From positions 3,162,001-3,226,000 of the forward strand of contig NEEC01000010.1 of the NCBI GenBank assembly GCA_002189035.1: a stretch of DNA of 64,000 nucleotides, written 5' to 3'. Shown piece after piece: positions 24,984 through 37,446 of this stretch. Position 1 is the first letter of the stretch. Each line of letters begins with the position of its first letter. Made by a program: the position numbers and the translations under genes. Below the pieces are notes generated by a model. The model had not been told where the DNA came from, did not search any database, and saw only the letters and a list, made by a program, of their open reading frames with translations. The DNA is from Utricularia gibba (lineage: Eukaryota; Plantae; Magnoliophyta).

Positions 24984-25774
24984 ATGGAATTGCAGAACTT
25001 GCCCACGTCGCCGTTCTTCGATTTCGGTTTCAACGAGGACCAGATGAGCGCTTCATTGGACTTGGCGGAGGTGCTGGGGATGAGTTTTTGCCGTCTGGGT
25101 GCGACGCCGCGCTGATCCCCGAGACGGAAGAGGAGGTGGAAATGAATTCGGATTCGTCGTTGAACAGCAAGGAGAAGGCAGGTAATCGGAGAGGCAGTAG
25201 CTTGAAGGTGAAAGCTGGGAAGATCAATAAGAAGAAGGAGAGGCAGCCCAGAGTTGCATTCATGACTAGAACAGAGATCGATCACTTGGAAGATGGTTAT
25301 AGATGGAGAAAATACGGCCAGAAGGCTGTCAAGAACAGCCCTTTTCCGAGAAGCTATTACAAGTGCACGAGTGCTTCTTGCAAAGTGAAGAAAAGAGTGG
25401 AGAGATCTTGCGAAGATTCTTCAATTGTTGTCACTACATACGAAGGCCAGCACACTCATCTCTGCCCACCAGTAACAGCGGTGGTTGCTGCTGCAGCTGT
25501 AATGGCACAGCCATTGCAGAGTTCGTGCTTCTCATCATCTCCGTGGGAGGATGAATTGGCTTCCACCCAAAATCAAGCACCTCGCAGCTTCACGGCTCCT
25601 ATGAACTCTGGTTTCACTTCTTTAACCACAACGACGACAACAAATAGCAGCAGCTCCGAAGCGCATCAGGTGTACTCCTGCGATGGATCACCTGATCTGT
25701 TTGATGGGCTTCTTGAAGATTTGGTGCAGACTTGGCCAATGCAAGACGACCTGTGGCTGCGAAATCTTCACTAG
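24984..25774 (+). CDS. WRKY23: Group IIc WRKY transcription factor (WRKY23/48-like), intronless, apparent -1 frameshift at the G4 run 25076-25079
   Basis: [39 protein letters not shown]...C...HTH. The N-terminal MELQN...DFG...SLDLAEVLG joins the main frame if G4 is G5. A TATAAA lies near 24855. Confidence 0.85.
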
Positions 25775-25809
25775 CAGCGTATGTAAAGGCTACATTCAAG
25801 AGAGTAGAT

Positions 25810-26450
25810 CACTGATTGACCCTATCATGATCACTGACTTATACACTGATCTTGGGAAAGGCCAAGTCTTGTATTTCCTGCACCGTGTAACCGAGCATTT
25901 TCATCACTGTTACGAGGACAAGATCTTCAAATATAGCCATTATCTCATGAATACTTCTTGTTTGTCTGGGTCATCGCTGCAACTTCACACAGAGCCTCCC
26001 TCCTATATGAAAAAAGGATAAATAGCAACTTCTTCCTTCTCCCTACAGTCACCGGTGGTCTCTGGGTGCCTAAGCCTTTCCCCATCTCCGCATCTATCTT
26101 CCCTTCTTTCTCAATAAGCGCAAAAACCCCATTTCGAAACTTGCTTTAACCTACCTCTTCAGCCCGTGGCCTGGGACCCTGAACTCAACGAGGAATGCAA
26201 AAACTTTGTGGAGAAGTTTTCCATGGCCGGAGGTCTGGTGGAGACGTTTGAGATCCCAAGTGTTGGGATTTTTAAGCAAGAAGATTGAATCTTGCCTGTT
26301 CTCGAGGAAATTTTGTAACTCGTGTGTGGATGAAAATGTTGTACGGATGTGGGTTGGGCAGTTGGTAAAAAGGGAGATACCATTGTCGGGAGTTCCAGGT
26401 TTTGCTTCATGATAATACAGACACCATACAGAAGTTGAATTACATGACCG
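25810..26450 (-). pseudogene. Possible heavily deleted PLS-class PPR gene remnant
   Basis: Broken frames give RWGKA, SFFHIGGR and HEIMAIFEDL...MKMLGY, resembling E/E+ domain motifs. Weak. Confidence 0.22.
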
Positions 26451-26453
26451 CAA

Positions 26454-29400
26454 TCACTGCGGTGCAGACTTGGCTTCAGCGAGTTTTTGATAGATGTCGG
26501 CGATCTCCGCCTGTAAATGTTTGGGGATGGGAATTCTGAGAATCGTGCTTTGAGAGAGAATATGAGTAATGCTTCTTGTTCTTTACCTTGTATCGCTTCA
26601 GAAATCTGTCTCGTCTTTTCTTCAGTGTTGCGGTTACAAGTTCGTTCTCACCCGATTCGAACATCTCAGGCTCAATCGCTATTCCCTTGATGCGCTCGAA
26701 TCCTCGCAACTGCAAGCAGAAAAAAAGACCCACCATTACGATTTATTGTTCTTGAAAGTCTCTTAAAACTTGCGTATGACCTTGTTTCTCTCTGCAGTGG
26801 CCTGGAGCTCAACGAGGATGTGATCTTTCAGTTGTGGAAGGGAACATAGGTCCAGAAATGACCCTTTGTAGCCATTCTGTTGTCCCCATTTTTGGGTGTT
26901 GTCTTGATTGGGCACCACCACTGCAACCAGCATCGATTTGAAGCTGTCTCCGTACACCCAGATCTGCAATGCATCACCCAAATCAGCGGTAAGTGAATAG
27001 AGAGAGCCGGTTATCATTGTGATTTTGCACATTGTGTTGCTGAACAGTAGCCATTGTTTGAGATGCGTACATCTTCAACGATAGGGGTAATGCCATATAC
27101 TTTTTCCAGGTACTCCACTGCTACGTACTCTCCCTGTGACATTTTGATGAGATTTTTCTTCCTGTCGATGATTTTCAGTGCCCCCTCCGGCGTTATCTCT
27201 CCAATATCACCTGATGGAATTGATGGCTGAATCCTTGTTATGTGCTTCAAAGACCATGCAAGCAAGCGTTGAAAACAAACAAACCTGTGTGGAACCATCC
27301 ATCTGTGGTGACTTCCTGTGTTAGCTCCGGATTCTTGTAGTATCCTTTGAATGACACTGGGGAGCGTAGGCAAATTTCTCCACGCGGAGGCTCTCCCAGT
27401 GGATCGTAGCCCATCTCCGGAACTTCTTCGAGACGAATCTCAGTGTATACAGACGGTGCACCAACTGTTCCCATCAGACACATCTCATCTGGATATCCCA
27501 CGGTGGATAGTCCACAACTCTCTGTAAGACCTGAAACAAGTGATGTTTTAGTATCGACTTCATGAATGTGGATGTCTTAGTGACGAGTGGGATAAGATAT
27601 TTACCATAGCCTTGCAGTACAAATGCACAGGAAGTGACCCTCAGGAATTCCTCTATCTCGCTGCTTAATGCAGCTCCGCCGGAGACTATCAGGCGCAGCC
27701 TACCACCCAATCTGTTCTTCACCTATGGCATGATGCTACTACACTGGTCAGTTTTTTCCTCACTTCGCTTGCTTTTGCTACAGATGATCATTTTCTTGAA
27801 GAAAATAGTATGTTTCAGGTAAACAACCTTACGAAAAGCGAGAAGATCTGCCACTGGAGAGGCATGCTTATGTTTGTAGCCACGGTTCATCCAGAAAAGC
27901 TTTCTGCGTAGAACGAGATAAGAAGATGATACTGATATATTTTGGTGATGCGAACTGTATGATATGGAAGAGGTATTAACTGTTTGTACAAAAGATGGAA
28001 GATCCCTCTCCTTCTCCAGTTGAGTTCTTCCAGTGCCTTGAGAACTCCTGAGTGTCAAAAGATGTTGATCACATGGCAAGGAACAGAGATTTATAGAAGC
28101 ACAGGTGTAAAGAAGTAATGCCTTCGTGGATGCGCTCAAATACTCTCGGTACTCCTGCCATGAAAGTTGGCTTCAACGCCACCAAATCTTCTGATAATTC
28201 GTTGAATTCCTGAAATGACAGCAGAAATGATCACACATTGGCACTTGGAAAGACAAGGGATCACGGTATCGGTGACGTACTCCATGATAATACCCCACAG
28301 AGGCACCTTTACGGAAGAAGAACTCTTCAATCAAACGGTCGAGAATGTGAGCCAGGGGAAGGAAGGAAATGTACACATCATTCACTGTCATCTACAAATG
28401 GAGAAAAGTGAACTTTCACTGCCTGAAGAAAAACGGATGCTTGTGGATGACAAAGGGAGGTTCAAGGGCAGCTGATGCTATGTCATATGCAGTTTTGGGG
28501 GGAACTGCAACACTACCTTGTCTTCAAATTGTTCCAGGAAAATCTCAATTCCATTTACAGTCGTGGCCACGTATTCATGAGTCAATATCACACCTTTCGG
28601 TTCTCCACTTGTGCCACTGGTGTACATAATGGTGCATATGCTTGAAGCTTGTGGCGGAAAGATCTCCCATGGGTTTCTTCTCCCCTGCAGGAACGTGAAT
28701 TTAGTGCATTTTGTATTGACATGGTGTGGAAGCAAATGAAGCAAGGCAGAGATGAGTACCATATCCAGGAACTCATTCCAGGAACAGGCGCTTATTCCCA
28801 TATCAGCAGCTTCCTTTTTCTGCTCCTCCGTTAGTGAAGTAAAGGATACAATCACTGCCACCACCAAAAGACAGCACAGGTAATCAGCAAACGCTTTCCT
28901 TTATCTTGTGGAAACCAGTTCGTATTGATACTCACATTTAAGCTTCCGAGCATGTGTACATTCCGGATCCAAAAGCTGAGATGAGAGAATTCACATAGTT
29001 TACAGTCAGTAACTTTTCTTCAGATAAATCACATTAGAGATGCTCACATGTTTGATCTTCTTGTCTTGAACAAAAACAACCCCAATCTCAGCATGACCCA
29101 GTATGTAGTTCACAGCTCCTGATCCTGTTACATGGATGATATCTCACATTCAGCTTATTTCCTCCCAATTGCAGTTAAAGAGAAATCACTCACCCAAGGT
29201 ATCATACAATGGTACACAAATGAAGCTCTGAGCATTGCAGGCCTTGAAAACACAGGCAGATTTCAGTATAGCAGAAGATGTGTCTACAAACAGCATCTCT
29301 ACCACCTACCTCCATGGTAACTATCCATTGAGGACAATTCACTCCGTAGATTCCGATTCGATCCTCCTGTACAAGATCACTCATGGAGGGGTCATCAGTT

Positions 29401-30124
29401 GACAACACAAGCAAGGCATAGATTGTGATGAGCTTCAGCCCACAGAGGGCAGAGGATTTCTTACAGGCACGAAACCATGAGCCCTCAAGGCAGAGGCTGC
29501 ATGCACAGTCTCCTCGTAGACTTGTTCGTAAGTCTTCCAACGGTACGGACCCCACTGCATCAAAACACAAGCAGTGTGGGAACTTCTGACCGACAAACAA
29601 TTTGCAAAAAATGACAAATTTCTAAGGTTGCTGCATGCAACCGAAACTACTTTTGTGATACATGAAATAATATCATTTCTTTTTAAATTAAATTGATTTT
29701 CTGTCTGACGGCAAATAGCTGGCAAATTAAGGTTGCATTTATTATTATTATTCTTTAACATTTTTTTTTAAAAAAAAAGGGCTCGGTGGACAATACTAAA
29801 AAAAAAAAGGTAAGTAAATAAATGATTATTACCTTGCCGTTGGTTTCCATTTGGCGCCATCCCAACATGTTGTTGTGAGGGTACTTCTCCGCCGACGACC
29901 TGCAGGGGGAGACGAGACACATTGCAGAGAGTACGGAACTGGGGATTGAGTGAGGGAGGGATTAGGGCCGGGGGTGACCTGAAAATATCCCAACATGTAC
30001 GGAACTCGGGATTGAGGGGTGGGAATTGATGTTCCGCTATCGGGTTCCGGTAGACCGGCCCCACCGACGGCTTCCCGTCACGGCCTCTCTCCCCGTCCTT
30101 CACTCGCACGGCGAACTTGGGCAT
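26454..30124 (-). CDS. LACS1: Long-chain acyl-CoA synthetase 1 (cutin/wax), about 19 exons
   Basis: DGKPSVGPVYRN, MYTSGTSGEPKGV, SFLPLAHILDR, QGYGLTE, DGWFHTGDIG, IIDRKKNLIKMSQGEYVA. Exons join in frame. Confidence 0.95.
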
Positions 30125-31424
30125 CGCTTCCTCCGATCATACAACCGCAGCAGCAGACACGATGTTGTTGATTGAGGCGGCTGTGACTGGCGACGAACCT
30201 GCGACTGACGGAGGGGGAGGGTCTTATAGAAGAAAAAAAAAAGAGGGGGGACGTGACCCCCTCCGCCAACGAACGGATTCAACTGCACCCATTAATGCCT
30301 GGCCGGGACATCGGTCCGAGTCCGAGTCGTGACCGGTTCAACTGGACGAGGAAGAGTCAGTGGTGACTCGGCCCCAAGACGTGTCTCTAAAAACAGTGTC
30401 GATGGCCGTTGTGAACGGCGGGAGAGAACCATCATTTAGATAAAATGTTTATTTCATATATTATTTTACAAATTTTATATTATGAATAGCCACTTTTTTA
30501 ACACAAATCTGATATATATCACCAAATTTCTAATTCATTCTAGAAGTACCTCAACTGCTTGCTGCTCACCTGCCACCCGTGCCATTCATTCATTCATTCC
30601 TTACTTCCTAGATGTATTGAGGTGGTCTGCGCTACCCCTTTCCCTTTCCAAAAATTTAGTATGCTCACTGGAATCAGGGCCCTTGGTGAGGGGTGAGGAC
30701 GATGTGGCATGGTGAAGACAACTGGATCAGAACATTACAGCACAGCCTGACCATGGTTAAAGGGTGGGGAGGGAACATGGCCAGTGCTCTCAGGCAACCA
30801 TGATTAAAACAGGGGCATTCAATGCTCCCAACTACCCACAAAACCACCATCTTCTCACACCATAACTTTATTGAACTACTTGGCAGAGATAATGACATGG
30901 GGAGGAAAGGAATGGCAACACATGTATTAGATACAACCAGGTTGCACTGAGGAAAGGCTTCTTCAAATAATCTCCTGGTTGCTGAAGAACTTCTTCTTTT
31001 TTAGGAGCATACTAAACGTTCCCTCAATGATGGGACATGCCATTAAGATACTCCTTTAATCATGCATGAAAAAAAAAACACAACAAACCACAGAATGCGG
31101 CCCACAGGCATAATGAGGAACCGCTGCCTTGCCCCCCTGACCCCCATGTACCTTGCCCTTCATCTGAAAAGCCAGTTACTTTCTTCACCCCAGTCAAAAA
31201 GGACAACCATGTGGTGAATTAAGTACTTGGCTTACCTAAACCACGTTGGGTTTAAATGGGATCATGCAGGTGGTACCACTTAGTGCTCGTCGAATAGGAC
31301 GGAGCCAGAGAGAGTCTCAGAACAGTCGATGTCTCAAGATTAAGAGATGTCATCTTAATGTCGTAACCCATAAACACAATGAAAGGAAGGAACACGGGAT
31401 TGGGATACCAGATAACAATGAACT

Positions 31425-33201
31425 CAAGCAGAGTTGCCGGCGGAAAACATATCAGCCCTTCCTCCCATCATCCTCTCCGCCTTCTCTCCACGCTCGCCTG
31501 TGTGTATGGAGGTGTATTGAAAGCTTTAGGAACCATGGAAATTCAAAAACCACAAATGCATCAGCAGCTCTATTCAATCCGTGTTACCTGTGCGAATACG
31601 TATCACGTCTGTCACTGGACTCACTGCATCATTCAAGCAAACGTGCTCATTGCGTAGTAAAAAGTATATGCTTCAAGCCGCTAAAAAAAAACACAAGCTA
31701 TCTTTTTCATGTCAGAAGTAACGGTAGTATTTGGTGGTCACGTTTAGGATTAAAAAAAAAACAAGTTTTTTTTTTAATGTCAGAAGTAAGAGTAGTATTT
31801 GGTGGTCATCTGTAGCATTGCTAAAATGTGTGTGCAAGGTTCTGCTAAGCCTTTCTGGGTATGATCTGTACTTCATACTGATGGATTTTGATCAAATAAG
31901 TGAATAATCCATGGACGGCATATCGTAAAAGAAAAATGAAAGTATTCACTTACAGAAAATCTTGCCGTCACCAATTTCTCCAGTTCTCGAGACTTCCACT
32001 ATCTTATCTATTACCTCCTCGACCTGAGCCATTTAAACGGGGAGACTAGATAGCATACTTGTTGTTTATAGCAAACGTGGTATTGAAATATAACCTGATC
32101 TTTGCACACGACAATCTCCATCTTAACTTTTGAAACGAAGTCGTCTTCAGAGAATTCAGAGCCTGAAATCAGGAAACTTTAGTTTAGCCACCGATGACAA
32201 ACTCAAGTACACGAGTTCTTGCCAAAACGACGTTAAAAACATCCAAAAGAACTATGATGAATCATAATTTACACCAAGAGTGCAGCAGTTATTAATACCA
32301 GCCTGCCTCTCTGTCATACCACCTTGGGCGCCAAAGCCACGCACATCATAAACCGTAATACCTCGAATTCCCATTTTCAGTAATGCCTTCGTCATCATTC
32401 AATGAAATTTCTTAGCGCATAACACATAAAAAGAACATCCTACCATGAGACTTAGAGGGTTTATGAATCTTGCAAAATAATGCAGGATACTGAACACCAA
32501 AGCAACAGTCACCAGAACAATAGAAAACGACCCGAATTCAAAAAAATAACTACCAAGTCATTGAATGTGCTGCTATGCAACTCTAAGGATTACACACAAG
32601 ATATAAACATCGAGAGTGCAATCTTCATTTTTATATTATCCAAGGTGTTTATGGAACCACGTTGTTTTAGAAAAAGATAATCTTTTGGTCTACAGAGAAA
32701 TTCTTGACTGCGAAAATACCGTTAACGCTTACCGAAGAAACCTGATTGATCCTCCAGGGTCTATATTCTCCATTATCAGCAGCAGAAAACGGGAAAAAAA
32801 GAGGCAACTTCAGGCTGTGGTATACAAAAATCAAGCAATCAAGAACAACGGAATGAATCCACAACACCTCAGAACCGCCTCAACTTTGTAGAAATCAGCC
32901 TCCGGTACATAACCTACAAAACATGAGTAATTCAACAATCAGTTGGCGCACCAACATCATCAACAGGCCAACGAGAGCACTCACACGCAAAGAATGTTCC
33001 ACTACCTGGAGACGTTTGCCCACTTACAATCGGAGAAAGTGGCAAATTCGCATCTCCTGCGACCGCAACAGTACGGGTGCATCGAGGAAAGCAGATTCCT
33101 CTGAGGTTAGAGACAAACGCGACTGGCGGAAATAGGTAGAGATCACGATGGCGAGAATGAAGGGTGGCGGAGGTGCCCGAAGCATAGCAAGCCGACGCCA
33201 T
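31425..33201 (-). CDS. GLB1: Plastid PII nitrogen-sensing protein, 8 exons
   Basis: Transit peptide, then FYKVEAVLRPWR, GIRGITVYDVRGFGAQGG, GSEFSED, RTGEIGDGKIF, DVIRIRTGERGEKAERMMGGRADM (Q-loop present). Confidence 0.96.
31682..31808. repeat. Degenerate tandem duplication, period about 68 nt, in a GLB1 intron
   Basis: atgtcagaagtaa(cg/ga)gtagtatttggtggtca at 31709-31740 and 31777-31808, each preceded by an A-run plus caag. Confidence 0.9.
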
Positions 33202-33336
33202 GCGAAAACTTCGGCGGCCGTGGAGAATTTAGACCAAAGTGGCAGTAAGATTCAAACCCCACGCCTACTTTTCGTAATGTAAAGGCAATTATTATAAAAG
33301 AGAGGAACTCTGATTTTATGACCCTAGGGATTGACA

Positions 33337-33836
33337 ATGGCATCGAATAACGACAGCGAATTCGTGTACCGGATCAGCACCGCCGAGGAGTGGGAGGAGC
33401 TACGCCTGAGCGGCGTCACCTACGGCGGCGATCTTGACAAATCAACAGGATGCTTCCACCTAAGCAAGCTCGATCAGGTCACTGTTCAGTCGACGCAAGT
33501 GCAATCCAAAGTTTCTCCCCCCCTCTTTAACCGACATGAACGACATTTCAGGTTGAATCGACATTGAAGAACTTCTTCTCAAATGTCAAGACGGATCTAT
33601 ATCTCCTTCAAATCGATGTCAAAAAGGTAAACTTAAGAAGCGCATCCGATTTCTTCAAATCAGCATTAACAAGTGCTGCTGTTGCTTTCGCAATCCAGCT
33701 TGGAGATGGCCTGATCTATGAACGCGTGGACGAATCCAACGAATTCCCTCATTTTTACGGCCCCGGCCGGAGTTTCACTCCGCTCCCACTCAGCGCCGTC
33801 GCTCGATCCGAGAAAATAACCCGACCCGGTGTGTAA
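33337..33836 (+). CDS. DUF952-family protein, 3 exons
   Basis: FVYRISTAEEW, GGDLDKSTGCFHLS, LYLLQIDxKKLGDGLIYE, FPHFYGP. Confidence 0.88.
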
Positions 33837-34887
33837 TTATCAACTCAAAAAAAGTTTTAAAATAAATTTTATTACCCAACACAATAAATTTAATTTCAAA
33901 ATAAAATTAATCAATTTAGACCATAATATCATTATAAGAGAGCATTATACAAGAATGGTATAAACATCATCACTTTAAATTATATGAAATTTGATTAAGA
34001 TATAAATATAATCATTTCAAATTATATAAGATACAAACATGATATAGATATCATTCAATTAGTCAAACTTTAGACACGAATGCTAAAAATCCTGATATGA
34101 AATTTTATTGGATTTGAAACTATAATTAATTCATCATGTAATAAATCGATTCATTTTTAAAAAAATTTGAAAATTATTTAGATTTTTTTTATACCGTCTT
34201 GACATTTTGAGGTGTTTTTTTTTTTTTTTTGCAATTTTAAAATTTGATACCTAAAATTTATATATTGTAACATGAGGTATGGTATAACAATTTTCTTATT
34301 TTAAATTCCAAAAGCTTGGAACAAAGAATATTCTTCTCTGGGGGTATGGTAAATAACCACACGCATACTCAAAATCAGTGCACACGCTACAAGGAGGATG
34401 GCTATCCATTTGGGATTTGATGGATGGCTTCTAAATTAGGGTTTAATTAAAATAATGACATCACACCCATTATATTCATAACTGCTGCTTCCTCAGCAAG
34501 CAACCAAAAAAGAAAATAAGTTTATGCATCTCACTCTCATCATAGAGACGTGAGCGACATGGAAGTGGCGAATTTCCACCACCCGAACCGCGTGAGGGTC
34601 CGGGACGAGATTTACCATGTGTCCACGTGTCATCCATCCACCATCCCGTAATCAACGGTCAGAGCTTCGATCGCGTGTGGGACCCGGGAAAGTTACCGCC
34701 ACCTGCCGGCAGACATAGGAGAGGGAGGAATGAATAAATACGCGATTTCGGAGTTTTTAGATTTCACGCTTGGGAAATCTTGAGGAAATAGCGAGAAGCT
34801 TGTTGACGGAAGACCGCGGAATCGGGAAGCTGTGGGCGCTTTTGATTATTCGAGAAACTGATTTTGGATTCACTGGTGTGTGGGAGG

Positions 34888-36382
34888 ATGGGCGCTGAAG
34901 CAGCGGTGGCTGCCACGGAGACGGTTGCGGTGGCGCTTGATTTGCCGCCTGCCGGAGTTGTAAGCTGTTCTTCCGACTCCCTTGTATCTCACTTATCCTT
35001 CCTTTGCGATTTTCCTTGCTTTTCAGGGTGTTTCTTTGACCGAAAATGGTTGTGATATTTTTGGGAAAACCGGATTGTGCTTTAATTGGGAAGCCCCTTT
35101 TTTCTGCGTGTCTTTTCTTCGTGGTTGATGGGTTGTAGCCGTTTGCTGCGAAAGCAGCTAGGAAGGTTTCCTTTGGTCGGATTAGGCCGCAGTGATTTTG
35201 AACTTAGGGTTTAACTTGCGAATTCCTGTTAATTTTTCATCAGGATGTTGAATACTCCGGAGTTCGCGATTCACAGTTCCTTCCCAGGGTTCGCTCTGGA
35301 AGCTTTGCTGATATTGGACCGCGGAGGTGTATGGAAGATGAGCAAATACGGATAGATGATCTCTCGAGTCACTTGGGATCAGTCGTCAGTTTTCCTGAAC
35401 CAACCTCCTTCTATGGGGTCAGTAGTTATCTCCTGTTCTTGTCGTCTTTCCTGTCTTCACTTGTGATCTTCATTGCGGCATCCTTCTCACTGTTCTTTGT
35501 TTTTTTATTCAATCTTGAAGGTGTTTGATGGCCATGGAGGTCCTGAAGCAGCTGCCTTTGTTCGAAGAAACGCAATCAGATTCTTCTTCGAGGAAGCTGA
35601 TATCCCTCTAGCGTTGCATTATAATGATGAACTTCAGTTGGCTCTTGAGGATTCTTTGAGGAAAGGATTCCTTCTAGCAGACATGGCTTTGTCAACTGAC
35701 TGCAGCATTAGCACTTCTTCAGGAACCACTGCCCTGACTGCTATTGTCATCGGGAGGTACGCATACACACTCCCTTTCTCTCTTTCTGCTGCACTCCAGC
35801 ATTAACCCTTTTTGTTCAACTTTCTCCAGGCTCCTGATGGTAGCTAATGCCGGAGACTGCCGGGCTGTTCTATGCCGGAACGGTGAGGCAATGGACATGT
35901 CCCAGGATCACAGACCAAACTATGAGGCAGAGAGACAGCGTGTGGAGAAAATGGGCGGATTCATCGATGATGGCTACCTGAATGGTATTCTCGCAGTCAC
36001 TAGGGCTCTTGGCGACTGGGACGTGAAGCTGCCCCTGGGTTCCTTCTCCCCACTTATCGCAGAGCCGGAGTTCCAACAAACGATCCTGACGGAGGAGGAT
36101 GAGTTCCTCATACTTGGGTGCGATGGAATCTGGGATGTGATGTCAAGCCAGCAAGCAGTCTCCTTGGTTCGCCGTGGACTCAGACGGCATAATGACCCTG
36201 AGCAAGGCGCCAGGGACCTCGTCATGGAAGCCCTGAGACTGAAAACTTTTGACAACCTCACTGTGATAGTTGTTTGCTTCACATCTTTCGAGCCCTCCGC
36301 CGGAAACCATATGAAGATACGGCGTTGCACCCTTTCTGCGGAGGCCTTGCAAAGTTTGAAGAGTTTCTTGGAGTCCAGCTGA
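34888..36382 (+). CDS. Protein phosphatase 2C, 4 exons
   Basis: [63 protein letters not shown]. Confidence 0.95.
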
Positions 36383-36794
36383 CTGGAGCTCATTTTCCGT
36401 GCTGCTCTTTGCTCCTCCATTTCCGTTTCATTTGCAGGAGGAAGCTCTCATCTTCCCGGCAGAATAACAGAGTGAAGATTGCAGCACTGTGAAGTACGAA
36501 ATTCTTTAAGCACAGACTGAAGAGACGGACTTACTGCCGTTTATAATGACGGATGTAAATATGTATTGATTGGCTGCCCCATGCCATGCAATGCAAAACT
36601 AAGCTGAACCCTTTTTTTATCAGAGGAGAAGCATGGACAGGGATAAACTTGTGTAGCTTGAGGAATCATTGTCCAGCTGACAATGAAAGTTGGCATCAAG
36701 TCATGAATAAAACGCCCCAGAAAAGATAACAGGGAAAGGATAAACCCTAGAAGTTCTGTAAAAGATAACAATGGAATGATGCTTACTGCGGACC

Positions 36795-37395
<601 letters not shown>

Positions 37396-37446
37396 TTTAC
37401 CGTTTTCCTTTATAGCCTAGTGAAAATTCCTTCTATTCCCACAAAA

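Noticed and set aside
11856-30124. Possible metabolic gene cluster (lipase, GMP synthase, STS, WRKY, LACS1)
   Set aside because: The enzymes belong to unrelated pathways and the order is explained by ancestral synteny. There is no P450, transferase or scaffold-enzyme combination.
33478-33510. DUF952 intron 1 start resembling the next exon (GTT CAG TCG ACG vs GTT GAA TCG ACA)
   Set aside because: The match is too short and degenerate to distinguish from chance.
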